From positions 28,072-92,071 of the forward strand of contig JALWYU010000108.1 in assembly GCA_026992635.1 (NCBI GenBank): DNA of 64,000 bases. The letters are read 5' to 3'. The stretch comes from Bacteroidota bacterium. GTDB lineage: Bacteria; Bacteroidota; Bacteroidia; JAADEI01. Below the pieces are notes generated by a model. That model had not been told where the DNA came from, made no database searches, and was given only the letters and a program-made list of their open reading frames with translations. Below, in pieces: positions 9,560 through 19,169 of this stretch (positions within the stretch are counted from its first letter, which is position 1; each line of letters opens with the position of its first letter). Both the position numbers and the translations under genes were made by a program.

Positions 9560-10801
9560 ATGAGGGGAGCGCTCCCAGGAGGGAGGAAACCTTCCCTCCC
9601 TCTTCACTTCGGACTTCCACCCCATCTTAATTCTCTCTGGTGTTCTTGCTTAACCTGTACCTTTACTGTGAAGAAAACAAAATTCAGTGAAATCATGCAG
9701 GGGACAACTCTAAAAAGCCGTGTACTGCATATCCAGATGCTGGATACCAGCGAAAACCTCCAGCAATGGAACCTGGAACTCACACAAATTGAAAGCCGCC
9801 TGGGCAGACTGGTAGCAACCGCCGCACACATCCCCATTTACCTGGTCAACCCTCTCACAATGGATTGTATCTGTCCACCACGAGCACATTATTCCTTAGA
9901 GCACCTGGCAAGCCTGCTGAAAAAACTAAAGTATGACAGGGAGGACAATGAGAGGAAAGAGGAGGATGTAGACAGACTATTCGCGTATCTGGAAAAAGCC
10001 CGTGTTTACTGGTGGGTCGCAACAGGCTGCTATGTGAGGGATATTGAAATCTACGTGCAAAAAGCGGGCTTGCCAGAAAAATTGCTCATCCGTGAGACGG
10101 GGCCTGCAATCTTTCTCTGTCCAGAGCGAATTCGCAAAAGTGCAGAAGAGAAAAACCTTCCCCTTGCCAGCTCTTTTGAATTCACTCTATTTCATGAGCT
10201 GGGGCATGCCTATATGGACACACCACCCTTATCTGGTATCCAGCAGTCAGCCAGAGACATATGGGAAGAATCTTTGGCGAACGGTCTTGCCGTAGAAGCC
10301 TATACAGAGAATTTCAGACAAATACCAATAGAAGCAATAGACATCATCCGAACGCAACCCGCTGAGTACCAGGGTATCTTCCCCCTGGTTTCCGACTCAT
10401 TCATCCTCCGGGACGCCGCAGACCTTCTGACACATATCGTCACAGCAGGACTGCTAAAAACCCCCCAAAGCAGCCTGCCAACCTATGAATGGAAGTACAC
10501 CGGTTCCCCAGGAATGCTTATAGACAAAATGATGAAAGTGTTTATTGACCTGCACCTTGAATTGGCTTTTCTGACACGATGGCAACGGCATAACATCATA
10601 GAAAACCTGAGCCAGACACTCACCCCTTACATCCTTGATATCACCGCCAAACATGCACAACCCACCTGGCAACCCTACTTCCTTGTCCTTTTGCAATGGT
10701 GGAAAAACGCAGAACAACTAATCAGACAGCACGCCAGCTGGAGACATTTCTTCAAAGCAATGGCTGAACGGTTGCTCACGTATATTTGTTCGGGTATCTG
10801 A
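9560..10801 (+). CDS. hypothetical protein with an HExxH (FHELGHAY) zincin-like motif, ImmA/IrrE (DUF955)-like
   Basis: An HELGH motif is followed by downstream Glu residues. The start is probably MQGTTLKSRV (about 9695). The local GC content looks lower than in neighbouring genes. Confidence 0.5.
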   Translation: MRGALPGGRKPSLPLHFGLPPHLNSLWCSCLTCTFTVKKTKFSEIMQGTTLKSRVLHIQMLDTSENLQQWNLELTQIESRLGRLVATAAHIPIYLVNPLTMDCICPPRAHYSLEHLASLLKKLKYDREDNERKEEDVDRLFAYLEKARVYWWVATGCYVRDIEIYVQKAGLPEKLLIRETGPAIFLCPERIRKSAEEKNLPLASSFEFTLFHELGHAYMDTPPLSGIQQSARDIWEESLANGLAVEAYTENFRQIPIEAIDIIRTQPAEYQGIFPLVSDSFILRDAADLLTHIVTAGLLKTPQSSLPTYEWKYTGSPGMLIDKMMKVFIDLHLELAFLTRWQRHNIIENLSQTLTPYILDITAKHAQPTWQPYFLVLLQWWKNAEQLIRQHASWRHFFKAMAERLLTYICSGI

Positions 10802-10886
10802 ACCTTCAAATAAGGAACTTTCCTGAGATTCGGCAACGTTCCCCTCAACAAACCACAAACCAGAAAGAAAAGCGCGCGAACATAGC

Positions 10887-11411
10887 ATGCCCCACCCGCC
10901 CCTGACGCAAATCGGTGTCATCGGACCCAACTCCGACCTCTGTCCACCAGACCTCTATGAATTTGGCTTTCAACTGGGAAAAGCCCTCGCACAACCCCAC
11001 CGGATCATTCTCTGTGGCGGGGAAGGCGGCATCATGGAAGCCGTATGCAAAGGTGTTAAAGCCTCGCCACACACCTTCCCCGGACAAACCATAGGTATTC
11101 TCCCGGGGGCAGACCTCAATACCGCCAACCCCTACATAGACATCGTTTTGCCCACAGGCCTGGGTATCGCCCGCAACATACTCATCGTCCGAAGTGCACA
11201 CATCCTGATTGCACTGGGCGGAGGGGCGGGCACCCTCTCTGAACTCGCCTTCGCCTGGCAACTGAGAAAAACCGTCCTGTGCGTAACGACATTTCCCGGA
11301 TGGGCGCAACGCCTCGCAGGACAAAACATAGATAGCCGACACCACAACCTCTTCATTCCTGTCCAGTCCATCCCCGAAATCATCCACTACCTCACAAGTC
11401 ACAACCTGTAA
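10887..11411 (+). CDS. LOG / TIGR00725-family Rossmann-fold nucleotide-binding protein
   Basis: CGGEGGIMEA...ALGGGAGTLSELAFAW are the two Gly-rich LOG/YvdD-family motifs. Confidence 0.75.
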   Translation: MPHPPLTQIGVIGPNSDLCPPDLYEFGFQLGKALAQPHRIILCGGEGGIMEAVCKGVKASPHTFPGQTIGILPGADLNTANPYIDIVLPTGLGIARNILIVRSAHILIALGGGAGTLSELAFAWQLRKTVLCVTTFPGWAQRLAGQNIDSRHHNLFIPVQSIPEIIHYLTSHNL

Positions 11412-11453
11412 AAAATTCGCTGAAACACTTCAACCGCAAAACCCATCCAAACC

Positions 11454-14399
11454 ATGCCAGCTTCCGGGTTCACGGCACGCCACAACCCGAACCACCAGCC
11501 CACATTCCACACAACCTCCCACACATCTGTCTTCCTGACTTTTCTGATTGTGGGCTTTGCTTCGTACCTGATCAATCCCAGCATCACCTGTGCCCAGCAA
11601 ACCAGCCAACCCAACCAATCCGGTCAATCCGACCTGAACACACCCATCCCCCTCCACCACAAAGTGCGCACCGGCAAACTACCCAATGGACTTACATACT
11701 TTATCCTGCCCAACCGGCAACCCCAGGGTTTCGTAGACATTCTCATGGCAGTAGATGTAGGTGCCGTCCTGGAAGAAGACTACGAAGACGGACTCGCACA
11801 CTTCGTAGAACACATGTGCTTTGAAGGGACCCAACACCTGCCCGGCGAATCCGTAGATAGCCTCTTGCGAGAACTGGGCTTGCAACTGGGACCCGACCTC
11901 AACGCCTACACCACCTGGGACGAAACCGTCTATATGCTCCAGGGTGTACCCGACACCGCTGTATCCACTGCCCTATGGGTGCTCTCCGAAATGATCTTCT
12001 ATCCCACATTTGATTCACTGCAAGTTGAAGAAGAACGCAAAGTCATCCACCAGGAATGGCGACTTTCCACCGGCGTCTGGGACCGCGTATGGAAGCAAAT
12101 CCTGAAGCAGCTCCTGCCCGGATCCAAATACGCCCAGCGCGACATCATTGGCAAAGAAAAGGTCATTCTCCACGCCCCACGCGACACCATTTTTGGCTTT
12201 TACCAGAAATGGTACGCGCCCCAGCGAATGGCACTGATCATAGTAGGCGACATCCAGCCCGATTCGGTACAGCGCTGGATCCACCAGTATTTCGGACGCG
12301 TAACACCCGGCTCCCGCGCACGTCCATACCGACCTTACTACCCCATTGAGCCCTACGAAGGATTTCGCGTCATCACCGTTATAGACAGCGAATGGGCATT
12401 CCCCACTTTGTGGATCGGATTTATCCAGCCTGCCGAAACGCTCTACACGCTTGCCGACTGGAAACAACACCTCATGCACCAGCTCGTGGCGTCCATCCTG
12501 CAAGAACGTTACAAAGACCTGGAACGACAGGAAGACCCACCCTTCAGCGACCCCGCTTTTGAAGTCTACACCATCTTTCGTACAGCCCGCTTCGTAGAAT
12601 GGAACGCTTCCATCTCCCTGAAAGAAGTCAAACGTGCACTCACGGCGTTGTGGGGCGAGGCAGTCCGCGCCTACCAGCATGGATTCACCGCCGCCGAACT
12701 GGAACGCGCCAAACGACGTGTACTCCGCAAACTCCGGAAACAATGGAAAGAACAAGAACACATAGAAAACCACCACTGGAGCTTCGCCTTAGTGGATTAT
12801 TTCCTCTATCGCCAGGCAATGCCCGATCCCCACTGGGCATACCACACCAGTAAACAACTCCTTGCAGACATCACCGTCAACGACCTCAACCAGTACTACC
12901 GAGCCTTATGGCAAACCCATAACCGATACATCATTTTGATTGTTAACGAAAAAGAACTGGAATCTGCAAAGCTCCCCACACACCGCCAGCTACTCCGATG
13001 GGTGAAGAAAATAGAGCGCAAACGATGGAAGCCCCCGCAAGAAGATACGCTCATCCAGCAACTCGTCAGCACTCCACCCCAACCTTCACAACCACCACAG
13101 ATCACCCTCATAGACTCCACACTCAATATCTGGCGAGCCACCCTTGCCAACGGCATCCAGGTCTACATGAAACCCACACCCTGGAAAGAAGACGAAATCC
13201 GAATCACCGCCTTTCAACCCGGAGGATACTACGCCTTAGACAGCCATCTGGTCTACGCCGCCTCCATCTTAGAAGACGTCATGTCTGAGGTCGGGGCGGG
13301 ACCCTTCTCCGCTTCCCAGCTGGAAAAAATCCTTGCTGGACGAACTGTCCACTGGTCCTTTTCTATTGAGCCACTCTATGAAGAGATCCGGGGACGAACT
13401 GCACCCGACGACCTGGACGTCGCCCTCCAGGTTCTCTATCTCTATCTGACTGCACCCCGTCCCGATTCCTCCGCATTCCGCTCCTGGAAAAAACGTACGC
13501 TCCTAGAGCTCAGCTTCGCCAAATCTTTCCCTATCTTCTACCTCTATCTGGAAGGGATCAAACAGCTCTACGACGCCAATCCCTGGCTGACCCTCCCCGA
13601 CAAAGACCGACTGAAAGCCACACACTGGTACCAGGTTTACACACTGTTCCAGAGCGAATTCCAGCAAAAAGCCAGCCAGTTCATCTGGATCCTCGTGGGG
13701 AACATAGACCCGGTTCCCACCGCCCAATTGCTCAATCAGTGGTTGGGTACACTTTCACCAGCCCACCCCTTACAAAAAGACCAGTGGATAGACCGGGAAG
13801 TCTACCCCCGACATTGCGACACCACACTGGAATTCCGGCGAGGTGCCGCCAAACGCGCTTTTACCTTCCTGGTAGACTATCTACCGCTGCCTTACCCGTG
13901 GACACCTTCGGAGCCAATCTACTGGCAAGCGCTCGGCGTACTCCTGGATTACCTGGTCGTGGACAGCGTTCGCGAAGGTGAAGGCGAAGTGTACTCCGCC
14001 AGCGTGGAAATAGACGTTACCCGCGACCCCAAACCCACCGTAGAACTCTGGATCATGTATCCATCAGCCCCCCATCGTGCCCATATCGTAGAACAAAAAA
14101 TTCAGGATGTCCTTCACAATCTCGCGCACAAACAACTGCCCGACCAGTACATAGAACAGGTTCGGAAAACCATGCTCACTGACTATCGGGAAAACCTCCA
14201 GCGTAACCCCTGGTGGATACAAACCCTCAGCCACCTACTGAAACACAACATACCCTTCCAGTACGTACACCAGATGGAAACAACTATCCAGCAAATCAAT
14301 ATGGACACACTCAGCCTGCGCGCATCCCTCCTCCTGAACAACGGATGCCACGCCCGACTCACAGTAGAGCCCGCACGCACCAAAACCACAAAAAAATAA
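11454..14399 (+). CDS. M16 (pitrilysin/insulinase) family zinc peptidase, two-module, secreted
   Basis: HFVEHMCFEGT carries the inverted HxxEH zinc motif. The 981-aa length indicates active plus inactive M16 halves. An N-terminal signal peptide is present. Confidence 0.9.
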   Translation: MPASGFTARHNPNHQPTFHTTSHTSVFLTFLIVGFASYLINPSITCAQQTSQPNQSGQSDLNTPIPLHHKVRTGKLPNGLTYFILPNRQPQGFVDILMAVDVGAVLEEDYEDGLAHFVEHMCFEGTQHLPGESVDSLLRELGLQLGPDLNAYTTWDETVYMLQGVPDTAVSTALWVLSEMIFYPTFDSLQVEEERKVIHQEWRLSTGVWDRVWKQILKQLLPGSKYAQRDIIGKEKVILHAPRDTIFGFYQKWYAPQRMALIIVGDIQPDSVQRWIHQYFGRVTPGSRARPYRPYYPIEPYEGFRVITVIDSEWAFPTLWIGFIQPAETLYTLADWKQHLMHQLVASILQERYKDLERQEDPPFSDPAFEVYTIFRTARFVEWNASISLKEVKRALTALWGEAVRAYQHGFTAAELERAKRRVLRKLRKQWKEQEHIENHHWSFALVDYFLYRQAMPDPHWAYHTSKQLLADITVNDLNQYYRALWQTHNRYIILIVNEKELESAKLPTHRQLLRWVKKIERKRWKPPQEDTLIQQLVSTPPQPSQPPQITLIDSTLNIWRATLANGIQVYMKPTPWKEDEIRITAFQPGGYYALDSHLVYAASILEDVMSEVGAGPFSASQLEKILAGRTVHWSFSIEPLYEEIRGRTAPDDLDVALQVLYLYLTAPRPDSSAFRSWKKRTLLELSFAKSFPIFYLYLEGIKQLYDANPWLTLPDKDRLKATHWYQVYTLFQSEFQQKASQFIWILVGNIDPVPTAQLLNQWLGTLSPAHPLQKDQWIDREVYPRHCDTTLEFRRGAAKRAFTFLVDYLPLPYPWTPSEPIYWQALGVLLDYLVVDSVREGEGEVYSASVEIDVTRDPKPTVELWIMYPSAPHRAHIVEQKIQDVLHNLAHKQLPDQYIEQVRKTMLTDYRENLQRNPWWIQTLSHLLKHNIPFQYVHQMETTIQQINMDTLSLRASLLLNNGCHARLTVEPARTKTTKK

Positions 14400-14598
14400 A
14401 GCGCCCACACCCAACAACCGAATCCCGGCACCCGGAAAACCCCAACCTGTACCTGTCCCAATCTTGGGGAACTATTTTGACTCCATGTTGCGTTAATTTA
14501 TATCAGGGGGAGCGATAGGGCTGGTATATCGCCAATTCGCTACACACATAATCAGGCAAACACAGAACAAGGCTTTTTCCTTACGAAAACGAAAACCC

Positions 14599-15390
14599 AT
14601 GCGACCAGTCCGATATTCAACGGGCGCTCCCCTTCTTGCACTTAGCCTGTTCACCCTCACTGCAATATCCCCTGTTTTGCAATTTGCCCAATCCCCCAAC
14701 CCTGAGCAACCACCCCGCGAATTGGGTGCGTGGAACACACTCCAGGGTGCCCAGCTGCCTGCACTCCGCGTCAGCTTAACCTACCTGCCTGTTGGAAAAG
14801 CCGAAATTGAAGTTCTGCCCCTCTACCCTCTGGGTATCACACTCGCCTACTACTCCCCACGCATATTTGGCATTGCCCGCATAGACGCGTATGAACGAAT
14901 CCAGGCAGGCATACGCCTCTATCCCTATTTAGTTTCACGGCGAATTATCCGGTATGCCGGCGACAAAAAGCGCGTCCGCTTCATGACGGGCGCCATCTAT
15001 TTCCAGCTCCTCTACCGAACCGAACGACGAAATTCTTTTCTCACTGAGACAGCGGGGGGATTCCTCATCCGAAAAAATGAATACGTATGGGCGAGCCGCC
15101 AGGGCATCATCATGGGACCAGGATTCTTCGTAGCCTATGGTGGACAGCGCATCGCCCTATCTTTCTCGCTCAATTGCGAAATCGGCTACCTCACAGGAAA
15201 TTTCTATCAGCAACAGTATCAGCAAAGCTACTGGGGTGCACGAGTGCCCCCATCCCACATCATGTATGAAGGGTCATTTGCCTACTTCAACGTGGGCGGG
15301 ATGTACCTGGCACTGTCCTTCTTTCTGGGCAAACGCCATGCTGCGCTGGGAGAAAGCAATGGGGCAACCAGTAAAACACGTCAGCCATGA
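14599..15390 (+). CDS. hypothetical secreted protein (possible OM beta-barrel)
   Basis: Signal peptide PLLALSLFTLTAISPVLQFAQS. Tyr/Gly-rich alternating pattern. Confidence 0.5.
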   Translation: MRPVRYSTGAPLLALSLFTLTAISPVLQFAQSPNPEQPPRELGAWNTLQGAQLPALRVSLTYLPVGKAEIEVLPLYPLGITLAYYSPRIFGIARIDAYERIQAGIRLYPYLVSRRIIRYAGDKKRVRFMTGAIYFQLLYRTERRNSFLTETAGGFLIRKNEYVWASRQGIIMGPGFFVAYGGQRIALSFSLNCEIGYLTGNFYQQQYQQSYWGARVPPSHIMYEGSFAYFNVGGMYLALSFFLGKRHAALGESNGATSKTRQP

Positions 15391-16085
15391 CGCACCTCTC
15401 CAGTCCGCTTATCCCCCATAAGTACACAACAACACATCCTGTCAGGATAAAGCCTGTATTCCTGAGCACACTTCTCGTATTCGCACTCACAATGAGCACG
15501 ACTGGCTGTCTGGACAACTACCGGCAGATACCCGAGGACCGCTTCCCCTGGGAAGTCCGACTCCTGGGCTGGTGGGCACGCACCGATTCCCTCCCCTCTA
15601 TCCCCTGCTACCTGCAATGGCTTTCCGACACACTGATCGCAGATCCCGCACAATTTGCCCAGGCTATGGAGGTACTTATCTTCCAGCCGGACCGAACACA
15701 GCGCCCCGGACGCGCACACCCCCTCCTGATTTACATTCAGTGCCTCAGCATAGATCAGGGCTTACCAGGTAGAGTCCGCATAGATGCCTCCTGGGTATGG
15801 AAAGACAGTCTGAGCGAACAGCCCGAGATCTACATCGTACCTGTCCCGCCTGACCAGTTCTCCGAAGACCTGCTGAAACAAACGTGGATCAACGCATTCA
15901 CCTGGTACCGAACCGGCCTCACTTCCTATTACACCGGTTTTAATACCAATAGATACCTGCCTGTTCTTACTGTACGCATTACGCAGTTCACCCGCGACAT
16001 GGTCAATGACCCTTACCGCGGCACCCTGGTCTTAGCTACACAGAACCAGGAACTCCGTTTTGCTCTTCAGGCATTCACACCGTGA
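15387..16085 (+). CDS. hypothetical lipoprotein
   Basis: Lipobox-like ALTMSTTGC. Start overlaps the upstream stop by 4 nt. Confidence 0.5.
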   Translation: MTHLSSPLIPHKYTTTHPVRIKPVFLSTLLVFALTMSTTGCLDNYRQIPEDRFPWEVRLLGWWARTDSLPSIPCYLQWLSDTLIADPAQFAQAMEVLIFQPDRTQRPGRAHPLLIYIQCLSIDQGLPGRVRIDASWVWKDSLSEQPEIYIVPVPPDQFSEDLLKQTWINAFTWYRTGLTSYYTGFNTNRYLPVLTVRITQFTRDMVNDPYRGTLVLATQNQELRFALQAFTP

Positions 16086-16124
16086 ACATATTCCAAGCCT
16101 GTCTCCTGAAAAACTCAACAAGCC

Positions 16125-16889
16125 ATGATGTTCGCCCGAGTCCTTTTTCTCCCAACCTGGCAACATCGGCAAAAAAACACACTTGCGAGCATTACTTTCC
16201 TGATCATGGCTCTTGCCACCGGTGGTTGCTCAGTGAATTACAGCGTAATTTACCAGACGCCACCCCTCTTGCCCGTCTACGCGCCCGAAGACGAACTCCA
16301 GGTCCAGGCAAGCTGGGGAACTCATATCTCTGTCAATCTTGAGCGAGAACGCTTCCGAAGCTCCGTTGCTACGGCGGGCTACTGGCGCCTGATCCAGGGA
16401 CCCGCCGTCTCTGGCGCACTCGCAATGGACTTCCTCTACCAGAAAGTGGAAATGAGCGGAACACGCGGGCTGTGGAGCCTGACCAACGCTATATACGCCG
16501 ACTTTCAGTTCTGGCTCAACTCACCCAAAATCCCCCGACAGATCTACTGGGGCATGGGTTTGCGCCTGGGCGGATTCACCGAATTCGGAAGCTACATCTC
16601 CGACTACCTGTCCTATCAGCAGGAATTTGAAGGAGTTTCCGCGGGGAGCCTCTGGTCATTTGGGGGAATCGCCGCACTCGGACCAATGCTGATGCTCCAT
16701 CCTGGTGGACAAAAAGAGCATACCTTTCTGATGGGGTGGCTCATCGGATTTGGCGGGGGATTCTCCGCCCAGTACCGCTGGAAGAACCTCACCATCCACT
16801 GGGCAACGCATTTTGTGGGGACGCGCTGGCTCAAGGGCGACGCCACACCGTATCCCGTCATTCGCCTGGGGCTTTCCTACGCTTTGTGA
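16125..16889 (+). CDS. hypothetical lipoprotein / OM protein
   Basis: Signal peptide plus Cys (LIMALATGGCS). Gly/aromatic-rich. Confidence 0.5.
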   Translation: MMFARVLFLPTWQHRQKNTLASITFLIMALATGGCSVNYSVIYQTPPLLPVYAPEDELQVQASWGTHISVNLERERFRSSVATAGYWRLIQGPAVSGALAMDFLYQKVEMSGTRGLWSLTNAIYADFQFWLNSPKIPRQIYWGMGLRLGGFTEFGSYISDYLSYQQEFEGVSAGSLWSFGGIAALGPMLMLHPGGQKEHTFLMGWLIGFGGGFSAQYRWKNLTIHWATHFVGTRWLKGDATPYPVIRLGLSYAL

Positions 16890-17039
16890 TGCCCGTTCAC
16901 CAGCACCTTTGCTTTACTTCGCTTCCGACGGGCAAGGAGATATTTTCTTTCGGGTCTGGCACGATTTTTGTATCGCTTCGCTATCAAAACCCGGCAAGCC
17001 ACCCGCCTGTAGCGTACACACAACAAAATCCGCACAGCC

Positions 17040-18686
17040 ATGGCAACCGTCTGGACAACCTCCTCAGCCTGCTGGAAACAGGTATTTGCCATTGGACGCC
17101 ATCGCCACCACAACCCGCTCTCAGCAGGACTTTACCTGGTGCTCCTCATGCTGAGCGGTTTTCACCTCCTTGCCACCGTTCCAAAATTCGGGCTCAGCCA
17201 GCAAAACGAAACGACACAAACTCCGGGTAGCTTTCCTGCCTTCTGTCCGGGCGACAGCTGTGCCAGTGCCATCCCGCTGAGTGGCTCATCCGGCTCCTAC
17301 ACCTACAGCACAACAAATTGTACACATGACTATTCGGGCAGTTGCGGTGGGACGGGTCCCGATAAGGTCTTTCGCCTGTGGCTGAACGCTGGCGACACAC
17401 TCAGGTACTGGATTTCCAGCAATAACTACGATGTACTCACGTATGTGCGTGTGGGCAGCTGCACGGGCGCCGAAGTGGTTTGCCACGACGACCCGGACAA
17501 CGCCGTCATCACCTGGGTCAACACCACGAACACCAGCCAGTACGTCTACATTTTCGTGGATGGCTTTGCCAACAGTTCGGGTTCGGGCACACTGAACTGG
17601 CAAATCAGTTCGTCCGCTTCGGCATGCCCCGGCGATGTGTGCGCGGATTTCGTCCCGTTAAGTGGGACGTCGGGCACCTACTCCTATTCCACAACCAGCT
17701 GCAACCACGATTATTCGGGAAGTTGCGGTGGGGCGGGTCCCGACCGTGTCTTCCGACTGCTGGTACCCAGCGGCTACACCCTCACCTACTGGGTTACCAA
17801 CGACAACTACGACGTACTCACCTACCTCCGTGTGGGCAACTGCAGTACGGGCACAGAAGTGGCTTGCCACGACGACCCCGACACCGCCACCGTCTCCTGG
17901 ACAAACAACACGGGCTCCGACCAGTACGTCTTCCTGTTCATAGACGGGTTTGGCTCCAGTTCAGGTTCGGGCGTACTGAACTGGCGGATTACACCACCCG
18001 GTGGTAATGCCTGTCCGGGCGATGCCTGCTCCGACTATGTAGATCTGGCTGCCTACTCGTCGGGCTCCTACGACTACACCACCACGTCCTGTACGCACGA
18101 CTACACCGGTGGATGCGGAGGCGTGGGTCCGGACCGCGTCTTCCGACTGTACGTACCCCGGGGCGACACCCTCCGCTACTGGATTACCAACGACGACTAC
18201 GACGTTCTCACCTATGTGCGTGTGGGCAGTTGCACGGGCACCGAAGTGGTCTGCCACGACGATCCGGACAACGCCGTCGTCACCTGGGTCAACACAACCA
18301 ACTTAGACCTGTTCGTCTACCTCATCATAGACGGATACGGAACGACCAATGGGTCCGGGTCAGGCACCCTGAACTGGCGGATCACCTCAGGAGTGTGGAC
18401 CAGTACGCCATCCCTCGCACAGCCCAGCTCTTCCCAGCCTATCTATATCTGGCAACACAACAACCAGCTGTACGTCAAGGCAGACGCTGCACAAACACAA
18501 ACGCGCTACTACACCCTCCAGATGTACACGCTGGCGGGTGTGCGCGTCCACCAGTGGCAACTCACACTGCGCCCCGGCGAAATCACCATCCTGAACCTGA
18601 AAGGACTGAGTGCAGGCGCATACATTGCACGAGTCCACACCGAAGAGGGTGAACAGGTTCTGGCGGAACCCATCATAATTGAGTAA
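17040..18686 (+). CDS. T9SS-secreted protein with three tandem ~125-aa Cys-rich beta-sandwich (PPC-like) repeats and a type A C-terminal sorting domain
   Basis: CPGD(S/V/A)C...YSTT(N/S)C(T/N)HDY(S/T)G(S/G)CGG.GPD(K/R)VFRL...YDVLTY(V/L)RVG.C...CHDDPD... occurs three times. The C-terminus YYTLQMYTLAGVRV...GAYIARVHTEEGEQVLAEPIIIE matches the Por/T9SS CTD pattern. Confidence 0.7.
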   Translation: MATVWTTSSACWKQVFAIGRHRHHNPLSAGLYLVLLMLSGFHLLATVPKFGLSQQNETTQTPGSFPAFCPGDSCASAIPLSGSSGSYTYSTTNCTHDYSGSCGGTGPDKVFRLWLNAGDTLRYWISSNNYDVLTYVRVGSCTGAEVVCHDDPDNAVITWVNTTNTSQYVYIFVDGFANSSGSGTLNWQISSSASACPGDVCADFVPLSGTSGTYSYSTTSCNHDYSGSCGGAGPDRVFRLLVPSGYTLTYWVTNDNYDVLTYLRVGNCSTGTEVACHDDPDTATVSWTNNTGSDQYVFLFIDGFGSSSGSGVLNWRITPPGGNACPGDACSDYVDLAAYSSGSYDYTTTSCTHDYTGGCGGVGPDRVFRLYVPRGDTLRYWITNDDYDVLTYVRVGSCTGTEVVCHDDPDNAVVTWVNTTNLDLFVYLIIDGYGTTNGSGSGTLNWRITSGVWTSTPSLAQPSSSQPIYIWQHNNQLYVKADAAQTQTRYYTLQMYTLAGVRVHQWQLTLRPGEITILNLKGLSAGAYIARVHTEEGEQVLAEPIIIE

Positions 18687-18717
18687 GGATTGAGAGTTTG
18701 AGTTTTTTTCTTTTTTT

Positions 18718-18796
18718 CTCGGGCGCCTGGGGTGGCGGGGGGCATTCCCGGGCTGGTTCAGCCCGGGAATGCCCCCCGCCACCCCAGGCGCCCGAG
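18718..18796. repeat. perfect 38-bp-stem GC-rich palindrome with a T-run 5' and an A-run 3' (possible terminator/REP-like element)
   Basis: CTCGGGCGCCTGGGGTGGCGGGGGGCATTCCCGGGCTG (loop gttca) CAGCCCGGGAATGCCCCCCGCCACCCCAGGCGCCCGAG. The 5' flank is tttttttctttttttc and the 3' flank is aaatcttttcc. Confidence 0.7.
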
Positions 18797-18848
18797 AAAT
18801 CTTTTCCCCCTCATATTTTACCTTATTTCCAAAAAAACCCACCTCTGC

Positions 18849-19169
18849 ATGTCCTTTCCAGCCTCAGGGATGCCGCCAGTTTTCCACCGAAGCCTATTTC
18901 TGACACTGGTTGTTATGCATTTGGGCTGGACATGCCGTACTGCCCGGCAAACCCACAGTTCCGCAACACAACCTTCAGCCTCCACTGTAGATACTACCTG
19001 TCGGACGCACCCACAACCTGATTGCGCGTGCATTCAGGTGTATGAGCCCGTCTGTGGTTGCGATGGAAGAACTTATGGGAATGCCTGTCTCGCAAGGTGC
19101 GCGGGCATTCGCCAGTGGACACCCGGCGAATGCCCAAATCCAAACACGGACAAACCCCAACCTGAATGA
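18849..19169 (+). CDS. small secreted Kazal-type protease-inhibitor domain protein
   Basis: The C-terminal CACIQVYEPVCGCDGRTYGNACLARCAGIRQWTPGEC matches the Kazal Cys spacing (C..Y.PVCG.DG.TY.N.C...CAG). A signal-peptide-like N-terminus starts at the internal Met MSFPASGMPP; the annotated ORF 18732..19169 is longer. Confidence 0.55.
   Translation: MSFPASGMPPVFHRSLFLTLVVMHLGWTCRTARQTHSSATQPSASTVDTTCRTHPQPDCACIQVYEPVCGCDGRTYGNACLARCAGIRQWTPGECPNPNTDKPQPE

Noticed and set aside
10845-11402. 185-aa minus-strand ORF overlapping the LOG-family gene
   Set aside because: The +strand product has clear LOG motifs, while the minus frame lacks any recognisable features.
12015-12776. 253-aa minus-strand ORF inside the M16 peptidase gene
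   Set aside because: The opposite strand carries a strongly supported M16 peptidase, so this is an antisense frame typical of GC-rich DNA.
17480-18652. Arg/His-rich alternative-frame ORFs (17480..18007, 18113..18652 and minus-strand 17286..17603, 17961..18257)
   Set aside because: They are out-of-frame readings of the triple-repeat T9SS gene and repeat only because the DNA repeats.
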